Source: Lepidodermella squamata
Lineage: Eukaryota; Animalia; Gastrotricha
DNA: 64,000 nt
Assembly (NCBI GenBank): GCA_047495785.1
Contig: JBLDXI010000064.1
Coordinates: 434,001 to 498,000, forward strand
Reading direction: 5' to 3'
Positions 1-11,319 of the stretch are shown piece by piece (within the stretch, counting starts at the first letter, position 1; the number at the start of each line of letters is the position of its first letter). A program made the translations under genes and the position numbers. The notes below the pieces were generated by a model that saw only the letters and a program-made list of their open reading frames with translations, had not been told where the DNA came from and searched no databases.

Positions 1-527
1 GGCGATTTTTTATTCATAAAAAAAATGGAGAACTGCTCATTAATATTCATGAGCTGCTTACGCCGCCGTCTGGGTCACGGATACCGGCACCCTCATGACC
101 GAGGTTGATTGCATCACACGCGAGAGCCAGGTCGTTGCGGCGCGTCTCTTCGAAATTTCAATTTAAAACCAGTTTGGCGGCCCTCCCTGGGGGGAGGGCT
201 GCATCAGTGACATTCTGCTAAAAATTCTGCATCGAACAGTCTAAATTTTGTTGATAGGCGATGAACGGTTGATTTTCTATCGAATTTACAAGTTGCGCGT
301 ACATGAAAAAGTGGCGCTCACTCACTGTGTGTGAAATTTTCAAGGCGCGTGTGACACCCAGATAGGTGCATAATTTGTCGTGACAAAGTCGGATTTTTAG
401 ATACTAGGAAGGACGGCCGATTTTTTGGTACCAAAACCGCCGTAAGATTCGCAAGATTTCCTTTGACTATAGCGTTTGGCGCGCGATTGATTTTTAGTAA
501 AATTAAAAATTTCAATTTTGTCGAGTT

Positions 528-2155
528 TCGTCAATTTTTTTTGACACCTCACCCTGGTAGCGCTCATGTTTGAATGCACGTAGAATGTAGCAAATTTTGC
601 GCTGAATTTTTAGAGACCAACCTCGTCATTGTAACCCTCATGGTTGTTGCACTATAAGAGGCGCGGTAAATCGCATTTTTCAACCCATTTTTAGTGCGCG
701 GCGGCGCTCACACACACACTCAGGGTCGATTTCGGTCAAATATTGAGCACGTGCAGTAGTCTTGTGCGCACATACAAATCATTCAGTCCGACGTAAAATT
801 TCAAGACGAATCGAACGAGACCACGCCCATCGTCGTAGCACTCACAGTTATTTGCCTATAGAAGGCGCGGTCTATCCACCTTAAAATTTCAAAATTTCGA
901 TGTTTTTGTGATTTTTTCGCGACAGTTTGGAAGAGTCCCTGTGTAATAATGCAACTATTTCTAGTACAAAAATTGACGGGCTTTCGAGCGGTGAAAACCG
1001 CATGTCACCACCTATAACGGTTGTTTGCCTATAAGCCTCGCGGTGAAATGTGAGATAAAAATCAAAGCAAGTACATTTCGAAATTTCGCTTTTATATTTA
1101 CGGGTCATATTTCGCTGCGACTTCATTGACGAATTTTCATGAGACATAAGTTATTCGGGGCGTTCTACTTGACGGTACATGCCTCACATTCATAAGACAC
1201 ACCTATTTGATGCCACGCCCAAGCCAAAGTCAATTTTTATATATTTTGTTGACCAACTTTGCAATCTCATGTTCCTCATTTTCTTCATTCCCGCTGTTAT
1301 ATAAATGATTCTAACGCTTAGAGCATAGTAGGCTGGCCAATTAAAGACCAGGCTGGTCGTTTTAGCCCTTTTATTTATGGAGCTACTTATTTATCGCGCG
1401 GTAAAATATCAATTTTTTCGGCTATCGTCAATTTTTTTGACACCTCACCCGCGTAGCGCTCGTATTTGAATGACCCTAGATTGTAGCAAATTTTGCGCAG
1501 AATTTTTAGAGACCAGCCGCGTCATTGTAGCCCACATGGTTGTTGCACTATAAGAGGCGCGGCAAATCGCGTTTTTCAGCCGATTTTTAGTGCGCAGCGG
1601 CGCTCACACACGCACTCACACGCACTTTCTGTCAAATTTGAAACACATGCAGCAGTGTTGTGCGCACATACCCGTTACACAGGCCGACGTAGAATTTCAA
1701 GACGAACCGAACAAGACTAAGCCCATCTTCGTAGCCCTCATAGTTATTTGCCTATAGTAGGCGCGGTAGAACTTGTTTTGATCCAACTTAAAACTTGAAA
1801 TTTCGAGATTTCGACGTTTTTGTGAATTTTTTCGCGACAATACAGAAGCGACCGGGCGTAATGTAATAGCCATATCTAGTACAACATTTCACGGGCTATC
1901 CACGGGTGAAAACCGCAAGCCGATATCAGCTGCCGTTTTTTGCCCGTAAGCCTCGCGGTAAAATTTGAGATAAAAAACAAGCCCTATCAATTTCAAAATA
2001 TCACTTCTGCAGTTCTGGGTCATATTCTAATGCGAGTTCAGTGGCGAATTTTCATGAGAAATGGGTAATTCGAGGAGCTCTATCGAACGGTAAATGTCTC
2101 ATCTTGACAAGGCGCACCCATTTGACAGCACACCCTTTTCTAAGGTCAAAATTTG
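528..2155. repeat. Diverged direct repeat of ~700 bp (copies ~528-1235 and ~1425-2155) built from ~180-200 bp subunits; probable satellite or non-autonomous TE
   Basis: TCGTCAATTTTTTTGACACCTCACCC... starts at 528 and 1425 and the copies stay alignable for ~700 bp. A CTATAAG/TAG...CGCGG motif recurs at ~650, 855, 1030, 1550, 1750 and 1945. Confidence 0.8.
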
Positions 2156-2741
2156 AACGGGGCCGCGCTTGCATAAAAACAAGTTTCACTCAAGTATCGC
2201 ATATCATTCGATAGCCTGTGTTATTCAGGCTTTCATGGGAGTGGTTATTTGTTAAAACAATAAAGTTTGACGCCGCAATTGACCAAAAACTGATATTTGA
2301 CATTCGATTTCCCGCCGATCAGGCGCCCGTAATTTTTCCTCATGTTTATTTTGAAAACTAATTTTTTTTATTTTTTCATCATGGTTCAAATTGAGTTATA
2401 AGCCTGTTTCCCCGTTTTTAGCCCACTTCAAGGTAGCAAAGCACCTCGTTATTACTTGTGAATAATGAAACCATATTGAGGGTAATGAAAGTGTGCGCCG
2501 CCGCGGTTAGCCAGACCATGACCCAGATAGCCAGTTAACCGAGTCACACGACGTAGATAGAGTTATTGGGACATCAATCCCGGTTGCTGCCATTCTCGAG
2601 GGAATATTGAAGATTGGGGAGGGGCGAAAAGTTCCCCTCCAAGATGGCTAGGAGGGGAATTTCAAGGGGTAGTGATTTAAACCGACTCAACCATTCATGC
2701 TCAGCGCAAAGCTGCCAAAACGAACCAAATTAATGTCCTAG

Positions 2742-3980
2742 CATGGTTTTTTACTGGATCACGGCGCAGATATCGAGGCCAAGGACCTAACCGGAATGAC
2801 AACGTTGATGCATATGGCTTCGAGCGGGAAAATCGAAGTAGCACGGCTGCTGCTAGATCGGAACGCTAGAACTGAAGCAAAGGATGAAGATGGCTGGACG
2901 GCTTTGATCTATGCGGTTATGAGTGGGCAGGTCGCTGCAGTTCGACTATTGCTGGACCGAAGGGCTGATATCGACGCGAAGGATAACGACGGCGCCACAG
3001 TGTTGGCAATGATGGCCCAAGATGGTAAGGTGGAAATGGTACAGCTTTTGCTGGATCGCAACGCCTCCATCGAGGCTCGCGATTCGAAAGGCTCGACTCC
3101 GCTGATGTACGCAGCCAGGACTGGGCAAGTCGCATCGATCCGACTGTTACTGGATCACAACGCTGCGATTGAGGCTAAAGATAACAAAGGCAACACGGCG
3201 TTGATGCAAGCTGCTATGGTGGGGAAAATCGAAGCAGCTGGACTTTTGCTGGACCGTAAAGCTGCGATTGAGGCGAAGAATTACAATAACAACACAGCAT
3301 TGATGCATGCTGTTGCGAATGCGCAAATCGGAGTAATTCGCCTGTTGCTGGATCGCAACGCATCCACCGAGGCTAAGGACAAGGATGGGTTCACGGCTCT
3401 GATGCATGCGGCTATGAGAGGGCAAGTCGAAACGGTACAACTGCTGCTGAATCGCAACGCTGCGATGGACGCGAAAACTTACTTCGGCTCGACGGCTCTG
3501 ATGCAAGCGGCTGCGAAGGGGCATGCCGCTGTAGTTCGCCTGTTGCTAGGTCGGAACGCGTCCGTAAATGCTGGTAACAGCGACGGCAACACGGCGCTGA
3601 TGTATGCAGCTGCGGATGGGAGGTTCGAAATAGCTCGACTGTTGCTGGATCGCAACGCTAGCACTGAAGCTAAGGATGTCAATGGCATGACAGCGCTGAT
3701 GTATGCGGCTAGGTATGGGCAAGTCGCATTTGTCCGACTGCTGCTGGATCGCGGTGCAGCCATCGAGGCTAAAGATAAAGAAGGCAGAACGGCGTTGATG
3801 TTTGCGGCTTTTTATGGGTGGGCCGATGTAGTTCGACTGTTGCTCGATAGAGGTGCAAATAAAGATGTCAGGAATATCTATGGCGAAACACCTCTCGACC
3901 AAGCAATTTATGCAAACAAAACAGAAGCGGCCGACCTGCTGATGTTGCGGGGTGCGAGTCGAGCTTGGTCTTTAGGTTGA
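2742..3980 (+). CDS. Ankyrin-repeat protein (12 tandem 33-aa repeats), probably the terminal exon or 5'-incomplete
   Basis: ORF 2796-3980 has 12 G-x-T-A-L-M-x-A-A-x-x-G...LLL-D-x-x-A repeats. The frame stays open upstream to 2742 (HGFLLDHGADIEAKDLTG, a partial repeat), directly after TAG at 2739-2741, a possible splice acceptor. Confidence 0.9.
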   Translation, partial: HGFLLDHGADIEAKDLTGMTTLMHMASSGKIEVARLLLDRNARTEAKDEDGWTALIYAVMSGQVAAVRLLLDRRADIDAKDNDGATVLAMMAQDGKVEMVQLLLDRNASIEARDSKGSTPLMYAARTGQVASIRLLLDHNAAIEAKDNKGNTALMQAAMVGKIEAAGLLLDRKAAIEAKNYNNNTALMHAVANAQIGVIRLLLDRNASTEAKDKDGFTALMHAAMRGQVETVQLLLNRNAAMDAKTYFGSTALMQAAAKGHAAVVRLLLGRNASVNAGNSDGNTALMYAAADGRFEIARLLLDRNASTEAKDVNGMTALMYAARYGQVAFVRLLLDRGAAIEAKDKEGRTALMFAAFYGWADVVRLLLDRGANKDVRNIYGETPLDQAIYANKTEAADLLMLRGASRAWSLG

Positions 3981-5149
3981 AATCGCCTACTACCGCGCAT
4001 ACTAACGCATTGTTAATGAATAATTCCTATGGTCAATTCTAGTATCATCTCATTATGACTATGATCTATATTTTTACTTTAAAGATTCAGCCGGCTTGAA
4101 TAAGGTTCGAAATTAAAATAAAATGGTTCTCTCGCATCGGCTTTCTCATCGGCCTTCAGCGAAAATTAAACCCCGAGCTGCCTCGAGGCATTGCCACGCG
4201 AAATGTTGTCCCTAGTGACCGCTTCCTTCTATTTAGTAAAGTCCCCATTGGAAGTGTCCTAACCTACGGTTCACCAGCCTGGTATTGTCCTCCCTGTTGT
4301 CCTCCCGAATCGGAGCCACGAATCAGAGACCGAAGCACCGCTAGGGATGGTAGGGTCCTCAAGAGGTCCGCAAGGGAAACTCAGTCAAAGACCAAAAAGG
4401 GGAACCAGTTCTGCTGTTCCACTTCGCTACGAATGCTGGGGAAGCACTGTCCAGCATGGCACGCGCGAGACTGCATTAGTTCTCCGACTAAGCTCTGCCA
4501 CCTCATTTTCCCTAAAAACTAATATGCTAGGTGCCCTTCCGATCCTTGCCCTTCTGAGCCCGAAGTCAGCCCGAAATAATATATGTTAGCATCAATTCAT
4601 CGCGGAATACCACGATTTTCCTTACAGAGAGCGGCTAGTGAGCTTATTCGACCATCTTACCACACTCACTATTTTAAAGCAGCCATTCTTATGGAATCAG
4701 CACTACCTTTGGAACGAAACCTGGCACTAACATATTTGCAAGTTGAATCTATTCGACATATGTTTAATATTATGGATCGGTGCTTCTCAACCTTTTTCAG
4801 TAGTTAGCCATTTTCTGAATCATTTTCCATCCCCACTTTATTGTAAGAACACAGCGGGCCGCATGTTTATAATGTGAGCAAAATTCAAGGTATATTGTTG
4901 CTGTTTAATATCCGACGAAATAAAATGTATGCGGTAAATGATTTATTTTGATTTTCCGATTTTTAGGGTCTCAAAGGTGTGGCGCTATAGGATCCAGTTT
5001 TAGATCGGTATTCACCTCGGCATCTTCAGCATGTAGTATCATCCGCAATGGCTCCAAAAGTGAAAGCAAAACGCTGCTTTACTTGACCTGGCATGTTTTT
5101 TTATTGCATGCCAGATTTTCCAATTTTATTTCTACAGGAAATACGCGAC

Positions 5150-5291
5150 CAGGGTGCGAAGTACAGGGGTGTCGGGGACTATAAACAGAGGAAGACTAAA
5201 ACATCTACAGGAGGATCCTTTGGTTTCTTTGGCTGGGTGCTAGAAACTGGCTAGAAATCACCTCAGCCACCGGATCTTACTTCCCACACTG
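5150..5291. mobile_element. hAT-type MITE (142 bp)
   Basis: TIRs CAGGGTGCGAAGTA / CAGTGTGGGAAGTA; perfect 8-bp TSD TACGCGAC (5142-5149, 5292-5299). Confidence 0.85.
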
Positions 5292-5557
5292 TACGCGACT
5301 GGCTGGCTAAAAAATGTGCAAGTTTAAGGATATTGTTCAAGTTTTATTAGCTTTGATTGGGAACGTATTAGAATAACTCAGGCAGCTCATTCGGAGATCT
5401 GTCCCCGATGATTCAAAGGCATTTCGTGAAAGTCTTTTCTAGGCCGGATAGCTAGGCTCAATCTGCCTCCGAGCCGCGTTGAAAGATATAAAGAATATAA
5501 ATATGAGAAGTCAACTATTTGAAGTCTATTAAATGTTCATTTACTTTCTGTAAAAAA

Positions 5558-8475
5558 TCAGAGATTGTTTGGGAAAATTTCCTCTACCATGAAGTAGCTC
5601 GTTCCTCCCAGTCCAATTCCTGAGAAGAACAATGCAACAAATAATAAATGTCCGACAAAATCAGACTCACCGCTGTTGTACATCATCCCTGGATAAGAAT
5701 TCGATTTGACAGCGTATTGAATCGTGAAATTTACTTGGCCCGAAGCAATCGGCTCATTACATATACCCTCAACTATAATTTGTTGTTAGAAATCGGAAAT
5801 TTAACTCAGAAATATGGAAAAGTGGCATACTGTAACCCGGTCGACCAATGTGAACCCCAACATCGCTATCCCACATAATCATGGAAGTTTCAATCTGCGT
5901 CGGATCAGTGCACTCATTCCCGTTTATGCGAACGAACCTGCGACATCTTCATAAACTAATGTAATAATTGGAAAATCTGCTCGCCATTTCAGCTGCTCCG
6001 CCCAAGACGGGCTGGTCACAAGGGTGCCCATGAACATGCCAGTGTACCATTTCACATGGATAAACGATGTGTCTTGCAGTTTTGTCCACACGAAAGTCTA
6101 GAAGAAACAATAAGAATAACCATCAGAGGGAAATTTCGTTGAAATATATATGCCTTCAGGGGTGTGTTTGCACACGGCTGATTCGAACAGCCACTGCTGC
6201 AACTTCCAGTGTAACGACACGAGTCTTTGAAGCTGAAATACTGCCTGTTGAAGTAGGGCAGATCGGCCATGGTCCCATCCGATAGCAACAAGCCGTTCGT
6301 TGGCAGCAGCTCGTTGATTTCCTCGACGAACATTTGAGACGGCTGGCCGTTGCCAAGGTTAACTTCGATGTAGGAAACAGCGTCAGTGCCGTAAGAAATG
6401 CAATTCTGATCGACCATTATGTTGATATCGTATTTGCCGATGGGAAGATTCCTGCAAACTCCGTCAACTTTTGATGGAAAGCAGAATGATAGTGAATTGA
6501 AGTCAGGGTTCAACATCAATCATTGATAAATTCAAGAATAATTTCGGCCATTTCAAAATTCCGTAATGCCCATTTTCAAATATCAAATATCAAAATGAGC
6601 TGAAATCTTACGATTGAAAGTTGTTGCGCCAACCGCCATTCGCCAACTCGCGATGGTCGGTGTTTGAGCCTGGTACAGCGTGTGCTCAATCGGAAATGGA
6701 TACGTGCATTGGCGGCCGTTGATGAGGGCGAAAAAGCGGATGCATCGCCTGTAGACATCAAACATAACCTTGGCATGCCAGTAGATACGCAGCAATGAAG
6801 TAGCACTCCGCTTCTTATATTTCAGAATTTGCTGAAATAAGGTTTTAGTAAGGCAGCCGGACGAGTCAGGTTTATCTTACATAAGGCAGTTGCTGTTCTC
6901 CTGTTGCATAAGGCACCGACTCTTGAAATTGATCAGAAACAGTATTGAAAACTGTTGAAGATCGACAAATGGCAGTATCATCTGTTTGAAATAAAAACAC
7001 GATTTAGAAACAATTTTGCTAACTACAAATCATTCGAGCCTGTTTTGAAAAGGTAACTTGCGGGTATGAATTCCTCGAAGTAAATGAAGCTCGGTGTTGA
7101 GTAGCCCCCGCTAAATCCAATCGAGACGTACATGCTCTGAACAGGCTCTCGCCGCAAGGAAACTGCGTATGACCAGTCGCCGTCAGGGACTTCGCTGAAG
7201 CTACACAACATCTCGCCTGTTAACGAGTTGAAATCACTGAATATTCGGTGTAATAGAGCTCGGACTTACAACCCACGCCAACACCAGCGTTGGCGCTCAT
7301 CCCAGGATTTTTCATATCGCGACCAATGTGGTGCACGAGCCTAAATCAAGCTAAAAGCAGGCGGTGAGACTGGAAGATGCACCTACCCCTTCTCGCCCAT
7401 GCACAAATTCCCGTTCAGAGCAACGACAGCGTAGGAGTTTTGCTTGTCGCAACACCTCTGCCCCGATATGAACCTTTACACAAAACAAGGCTTAATTGAT
7501 ATGTTTCGCGAACTCTAGCACTTACCATGTGAAGCTCATCGACACTCGAACGTGCGTGAAATCGTACAGCTTTTTCCAAGTTCCTTGCTGGTAAAACATA
7601 AATTTACGCTGTCAGATACTTTGGCCAAAATTATGCTCTTATATGCTCAAAATTTCGCAAAATTCAGCTGTTAGCTTTCAGTTGGGAATTTCCCAACCAG
7701 TTATTAGCTAGTTGCTTTCATTTTGAAATGGAAAATTATACAAATTGGGCAAAGCGATTCTCAATACTAGATCTCGATTGCCATGCGTGTTATTAGTGAT
7801 GAAAGAACGCCGATCTCACCTTGAAGTTCGGTAAGGCTGAATTACCGCTGATATCTTGCGAGAACTGTGTGAAATGTACCCTGCGCGGATATTCAACACA
7901 GCCATTTTCTTCGCCTGTAAATCGAATGCACATGCTGTATTATTTGAAAGATTTTCTTATTTCCCCGTACCAACACAATAAGATTTTGACCCAACACAGT
8001 CCTGAATGCAAACAGGAGTGATCGCATTCAGGTCATCTGTCGTTGGGACTGGGCAGAAGTTATCGCAATCCTGCACGCCATTGCGGCGATCGGTCACACC
8101 CTCGTCAAAATTCATCGCCGAGATGAGAACGCCCCGCATCAGGGCAGAAACGCTGTTCGACTGCTCTGACCTATCGAAATCCCGCGCTTGCACCTTGGTA
8201 GCTCGCATCAGGATGCAGGTGTGGTTGTACGGCTCGAAGAAGGCCGTTCGACACGGTGGGTCGGCCGAGGACAGGCATCGCGTGGCGCAGTTTCTTTGGT
8301 CCTTAGTTGTGAGTTGAGGCTGGATGATGTAACGCCCGAGAGCAATGTCCATCATATCGAGGGTGATGAAAGATTCCGAGGTCTGTATCATGCGCGTGCA
8401 TTGGCCCCGGAATATCATTTCGCCCACGGCAGGGCTTGACAGTATTACGACAAAAAAAATTGGGTGACAAATCAT
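5558..8475 (-). CDS. Multi-exon secreted protein: PAN/apple domain + three CTHRC1 C-terminal-like domains (copy 1; one splice junction unresolved, possibly disabled)
   Basis: Signal peptide, then CATRCLSSADPPCRTAFFEPYNHTCIL (PAN-type Cys spacing). Joined exons give three units such as YKKRSATSLLRIYW...CIRFFALINGRQCTYPFPIE...DGVCRNL...SQMFVEEI, resembling the CTHRC1 C-terminal domain. Most introns parse as GT-AG in frame; stop TGA at 5558-5560. Confidence 0.75.
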
Positions 8476-8900
8476 ATTCGTTCAGTCTATCAGTTCTATA
8501 AAACGATTGTCTTGCAGGATTTTTATTCCGCTGTTATTCGCCCAGTTTTCTCCTTTTTAATATTAAATATGTTTAATATGTTGTTCACAGCGACAAAAAA
8601 AACTAGGTGAAAAATCATACTGTGTCGCGTCAATAGCAGCATAGTTTCTTTATTTCGCACGTAACCAGAAAAAGTAGGGCTTACCTGTGCGCGCCAGACA
8701 AATCACAAACCGGCGCTTTCGACGAGAACTCTATCAATTATTGAGATCATTTAGCGTTGCGCTTTCAAAATGCATCTCCTTTGTGTGCTTTCGATTAATA
8801 CTTCTAGTACTGCTCTACGGTCTAGAATTCTCTCTTTGTCGTAACTAAGTTGTTTAAAAATGATTAAGCGCAGACACTGTGCGCCAAGATATTTTGACTA

Positions 8901-9073
8901 CACGAGCAATTTTGGCTCATTCGAACAGCTGCGAACAATTCGATTTGACCCCTTTGTTCGTCTATTTAAGGATTTGTTCGGAGTTGTTCGGCCAGAAAAT
9001 GCTCACAAACAGGCGAACACAGGGGTAAAATCGAAGTGTTCGGAGTTGTTCGAATGAGCCAAAATTGCTCGTG
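8901..9073. mobile_element. MITE-like foldback element with ~65-bp imperfect TIRs
   Basis: CACGAGCAATTTTGGCTCATTCGAACA... at 8901 is the reverse complement of ...TGTTCGAATGAGCCAAAATTGCTCGTG ending at 9073. No clear TSD. Confidence 0.7.
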
Positions 9074-9387
9074 CCGGTCTGGGCTAGTTCAAATTGTTTC
9101 GCATTAATTATTCACAGGGTGTGAACTTGCGTGGAAATCAATATACAATATACATCGATGAATACTGCGATTTTCCTGACGGAGAACGGCTAGTAAGCTT
9201 ATTCGGCCATGCTAACGGGATTGCGTTCGAGCTCGTAAATGGCCAACAAGGAACGCCTACAAATCGGCTGGCGGACGTAGAAAGGTCATGAGCTAGAATT
9301 GTGGCATCACTAGCCACTAGCATTACTAGCATTACTAGAACTGCGGTTAGGTTAAGGAAAATCCTGATAGTCATGCTAGAATTACCC

Positions 9388-9750
9388 CATAGAGAAAAAA
9401 ATGACCAGAGTAAGCACTCGAGCTAAAATATTGATCTCCAATATTATAGAAGTGCGTTCTCAAAACGGATATCTCCGTTTTCTACCAAATATTGCATGCC
9501 TATAGAACGCGAGCTGCTCTTTCGCGTGGGATTAGATTTGAGGTGGGCAATTTTGCTCAGTATTGATCTCATCAAAATAACTAAAACCATAGTGAAAACG
9601 AGGTTTTTGTAACGAGCAGCTCGCGTTCTATAGGCATGCAAAATTTGGTAGAAAACGGAGATATCCGTTTTGGGAAAGTCAAATTTGAATTCAAATGAAG
9701 ATTTGGAAATTTTACCTTGAGTGCTTACTCTGGTCCTTTTTTTCTCTGTG
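9388..9750. mobile_element. MITE with ~40-bp TIRs and a second internal ~55-bp inverted pair
   Basis: AGAGAAAAAAATGACCAGAGTAAGCACTC pairs with GAGTGCTTACTCTGGTCCTTTTTTTCTCT; internally 9463-9519 is inverted relative to 9614-9671. Confidence 0.75.
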
Positions 9751-9789
9751 AATTGACCATAGGAAGTATTCATTAGTAATAATTTCAGC

Positions 9790-9915
9790 GATTTCAGCGA
9801 TTTCTTGGGCTACCGATATGTTCCATGATTCGCACGCGTAAAAGATGGTAGGTAATATAACACGTGTCAATACCTTAAGTTTTGTTGCTATGGAACCGTG
9901 ATTTTTATTGCACAT
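9790..9915 (-). mobile_element. RTE-like non-LTR retrotransposon fragment
   Basis: KLKVLTRVILPTIFYACESW is the typical post-RT motif, as in the larger fragment at 24.5-25.1 kb. Confidence 0.6.
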
Positions 9916-10013
9916 GAAGTTATTCCGTGTTAAAATTACTTTTTAGCCCTTCTTAGCGTTGCCTTCCTTCGTCCTCTTCAAAACTTTCATCACAGCTAGT
10001 AGTAATCATAAAG

Positions 10014-10114
10014 TCGTCGCGTTGCGTTTGAAAGGAGCCACTCAATCATTATTATTCATAAGAAATCCATCACGAAATTAAACATAGTGGCTCCTTTCAA
10101 ACGCAATGCGACGA
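10014..10114. repeat. Near-perfect hairpin (29-bp arms, 43-nt spacer)
   Basis: TCGTCGCGTTGCGTTTGAAAGGAGCCACT (10014-10042) versus AGTGGCTCCTTTCAAACGCAATGCGACGA (10086-10114), one mismatch. Confidence 0.8.
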
Positions 10115-10251
10115 AGTCATCGTTGTCATTCAGGTCAGTCAAGATTTCATATCACGTAAATGGTGTAAAATATGCTGTATAAAGATGGTGTAAAATCGCC
10201 ATCGATGCGTACCATTCTCATCGCTGTGTTTATTTGCTCAAATCTCTATGG

Positions 10252-10499
10252 CAGTGTGCGACTTTCAGGGGGGGATGGGGGGGATCATCCCCCCCAGCTC
10301 GGCCCGGCCAGTCAACAAAATGATAATTTATCCCACTGTTTTGTTAATTTTGGAAGGTTCTGGGGCGTGTTTCAGTGGAAAATATCCAAAATTTTCTCGC
10401 TTCGCTCGGTTATTAGCCGAAATGACTCGTCATTTTGGCAAATACAGCAAAAAATTTTTTTCCATCCCCGGGAGCTCGGGCATCGAAGATCGCACCCTG
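10252..10499. mobile_element. hAT-type MITE (248 bp)
   Basis: TIRs CAGTGTGCGACTTTC / CAGGGTGCGATCTTC; perfect 8-bp TSD CTCTATGG (10244-10251, 10500-10507). Confidence 0.85.
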
Positions 10500-10724
10500 C
10501 TCTATGGAACTTTATTTTTATCGTTGATTTCAAATTACACGACTTGATTTAAATCGAAATGGCGCCGGAAAAAGATGGCTGGCTCCGGGAATTCGGAATC
10601 GCAACGCACTCGGCCTCTTCGAAGTTGTCGCCGCGGTTCATTAAATCGAGCCGGTAACTTTTGATCCACGGTTTATTGTTTCAGAAGGATAGAATATTGC
10701 GGTTAGAGCGCATCGTGTTTTTCT

Positions 10725-10736
10725 AATATCCGGCTT
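10725..10736 (+). promoter_or_regulatory. Conserved upstream 12-mer AATATCCGGCTT (receptor copy A)
   Basis: The identical 12-mer occurs upstream of copies B (25717) and C (31779). Confidence 0.45.
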
Positions 10737-11319
10737 ACTGCCAACTGCCTGGGAGAAGCTTCTGATTTGCATTATTCCTTCACATCGCGGGGTTGGCTAC
10801 AGAACGACTTGCGTGAAAACAAACAGAAAACCCATAGATACACAGAAAAAGGTGAAGTAAAGCGCGACTGACTTGTCGGGGATGCAAAATGCAAAAGTTT
10901 TACGCCATTGCTTTGTATTCTAGGCAAATCTTTCTGTCGCCCATCCCGCGATATACGTTTTCAAGTGTCCGAAACAAAGGACCAAGTCGACAGATAGCGA
11001 AAGTTACGAAACATGCGTTAGAGATATTTCGGCATATTTCTAAACCGCTCCCATTTTCCTAAAACACGAGAGGATTAGGAGCAGTGGTGTCAGAAGTAGG
11101 ATCCGAAAGCTGATGTGCTACTGTCCCAGCCAAAAAACCTAAGGGCCACTCTGTAGATTTTTCAGCCTTCCGAAGAAAGTCGCGAAAAGGCTTTTTTGCG
11201 TAGGCTGCTGGAGTTTCGCGGCAAAAAATTCAGAAATTGCTAGAGAAAAAATCTCAAGCCACAGCTCACTCTTCTTAGCCTTAAAAGAATTTCCGTCAAT
11301 CATGTCCTTTAATTAGAAA

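Noticed and set aside
69-2527. CTGGGTCACGG / CCATGACCCAG as TIRs bounding the 5' repeat region
   Set aside because: Only ~12 bp with a mismatch and no TSD; could be chance.
2917-3902. Antisense ORFs over the ankyrin gene (and similar shadow ORFs over the receptors and copia)
   Set aside because: Expected by-products of codon bias and repetition in real coding sequence.
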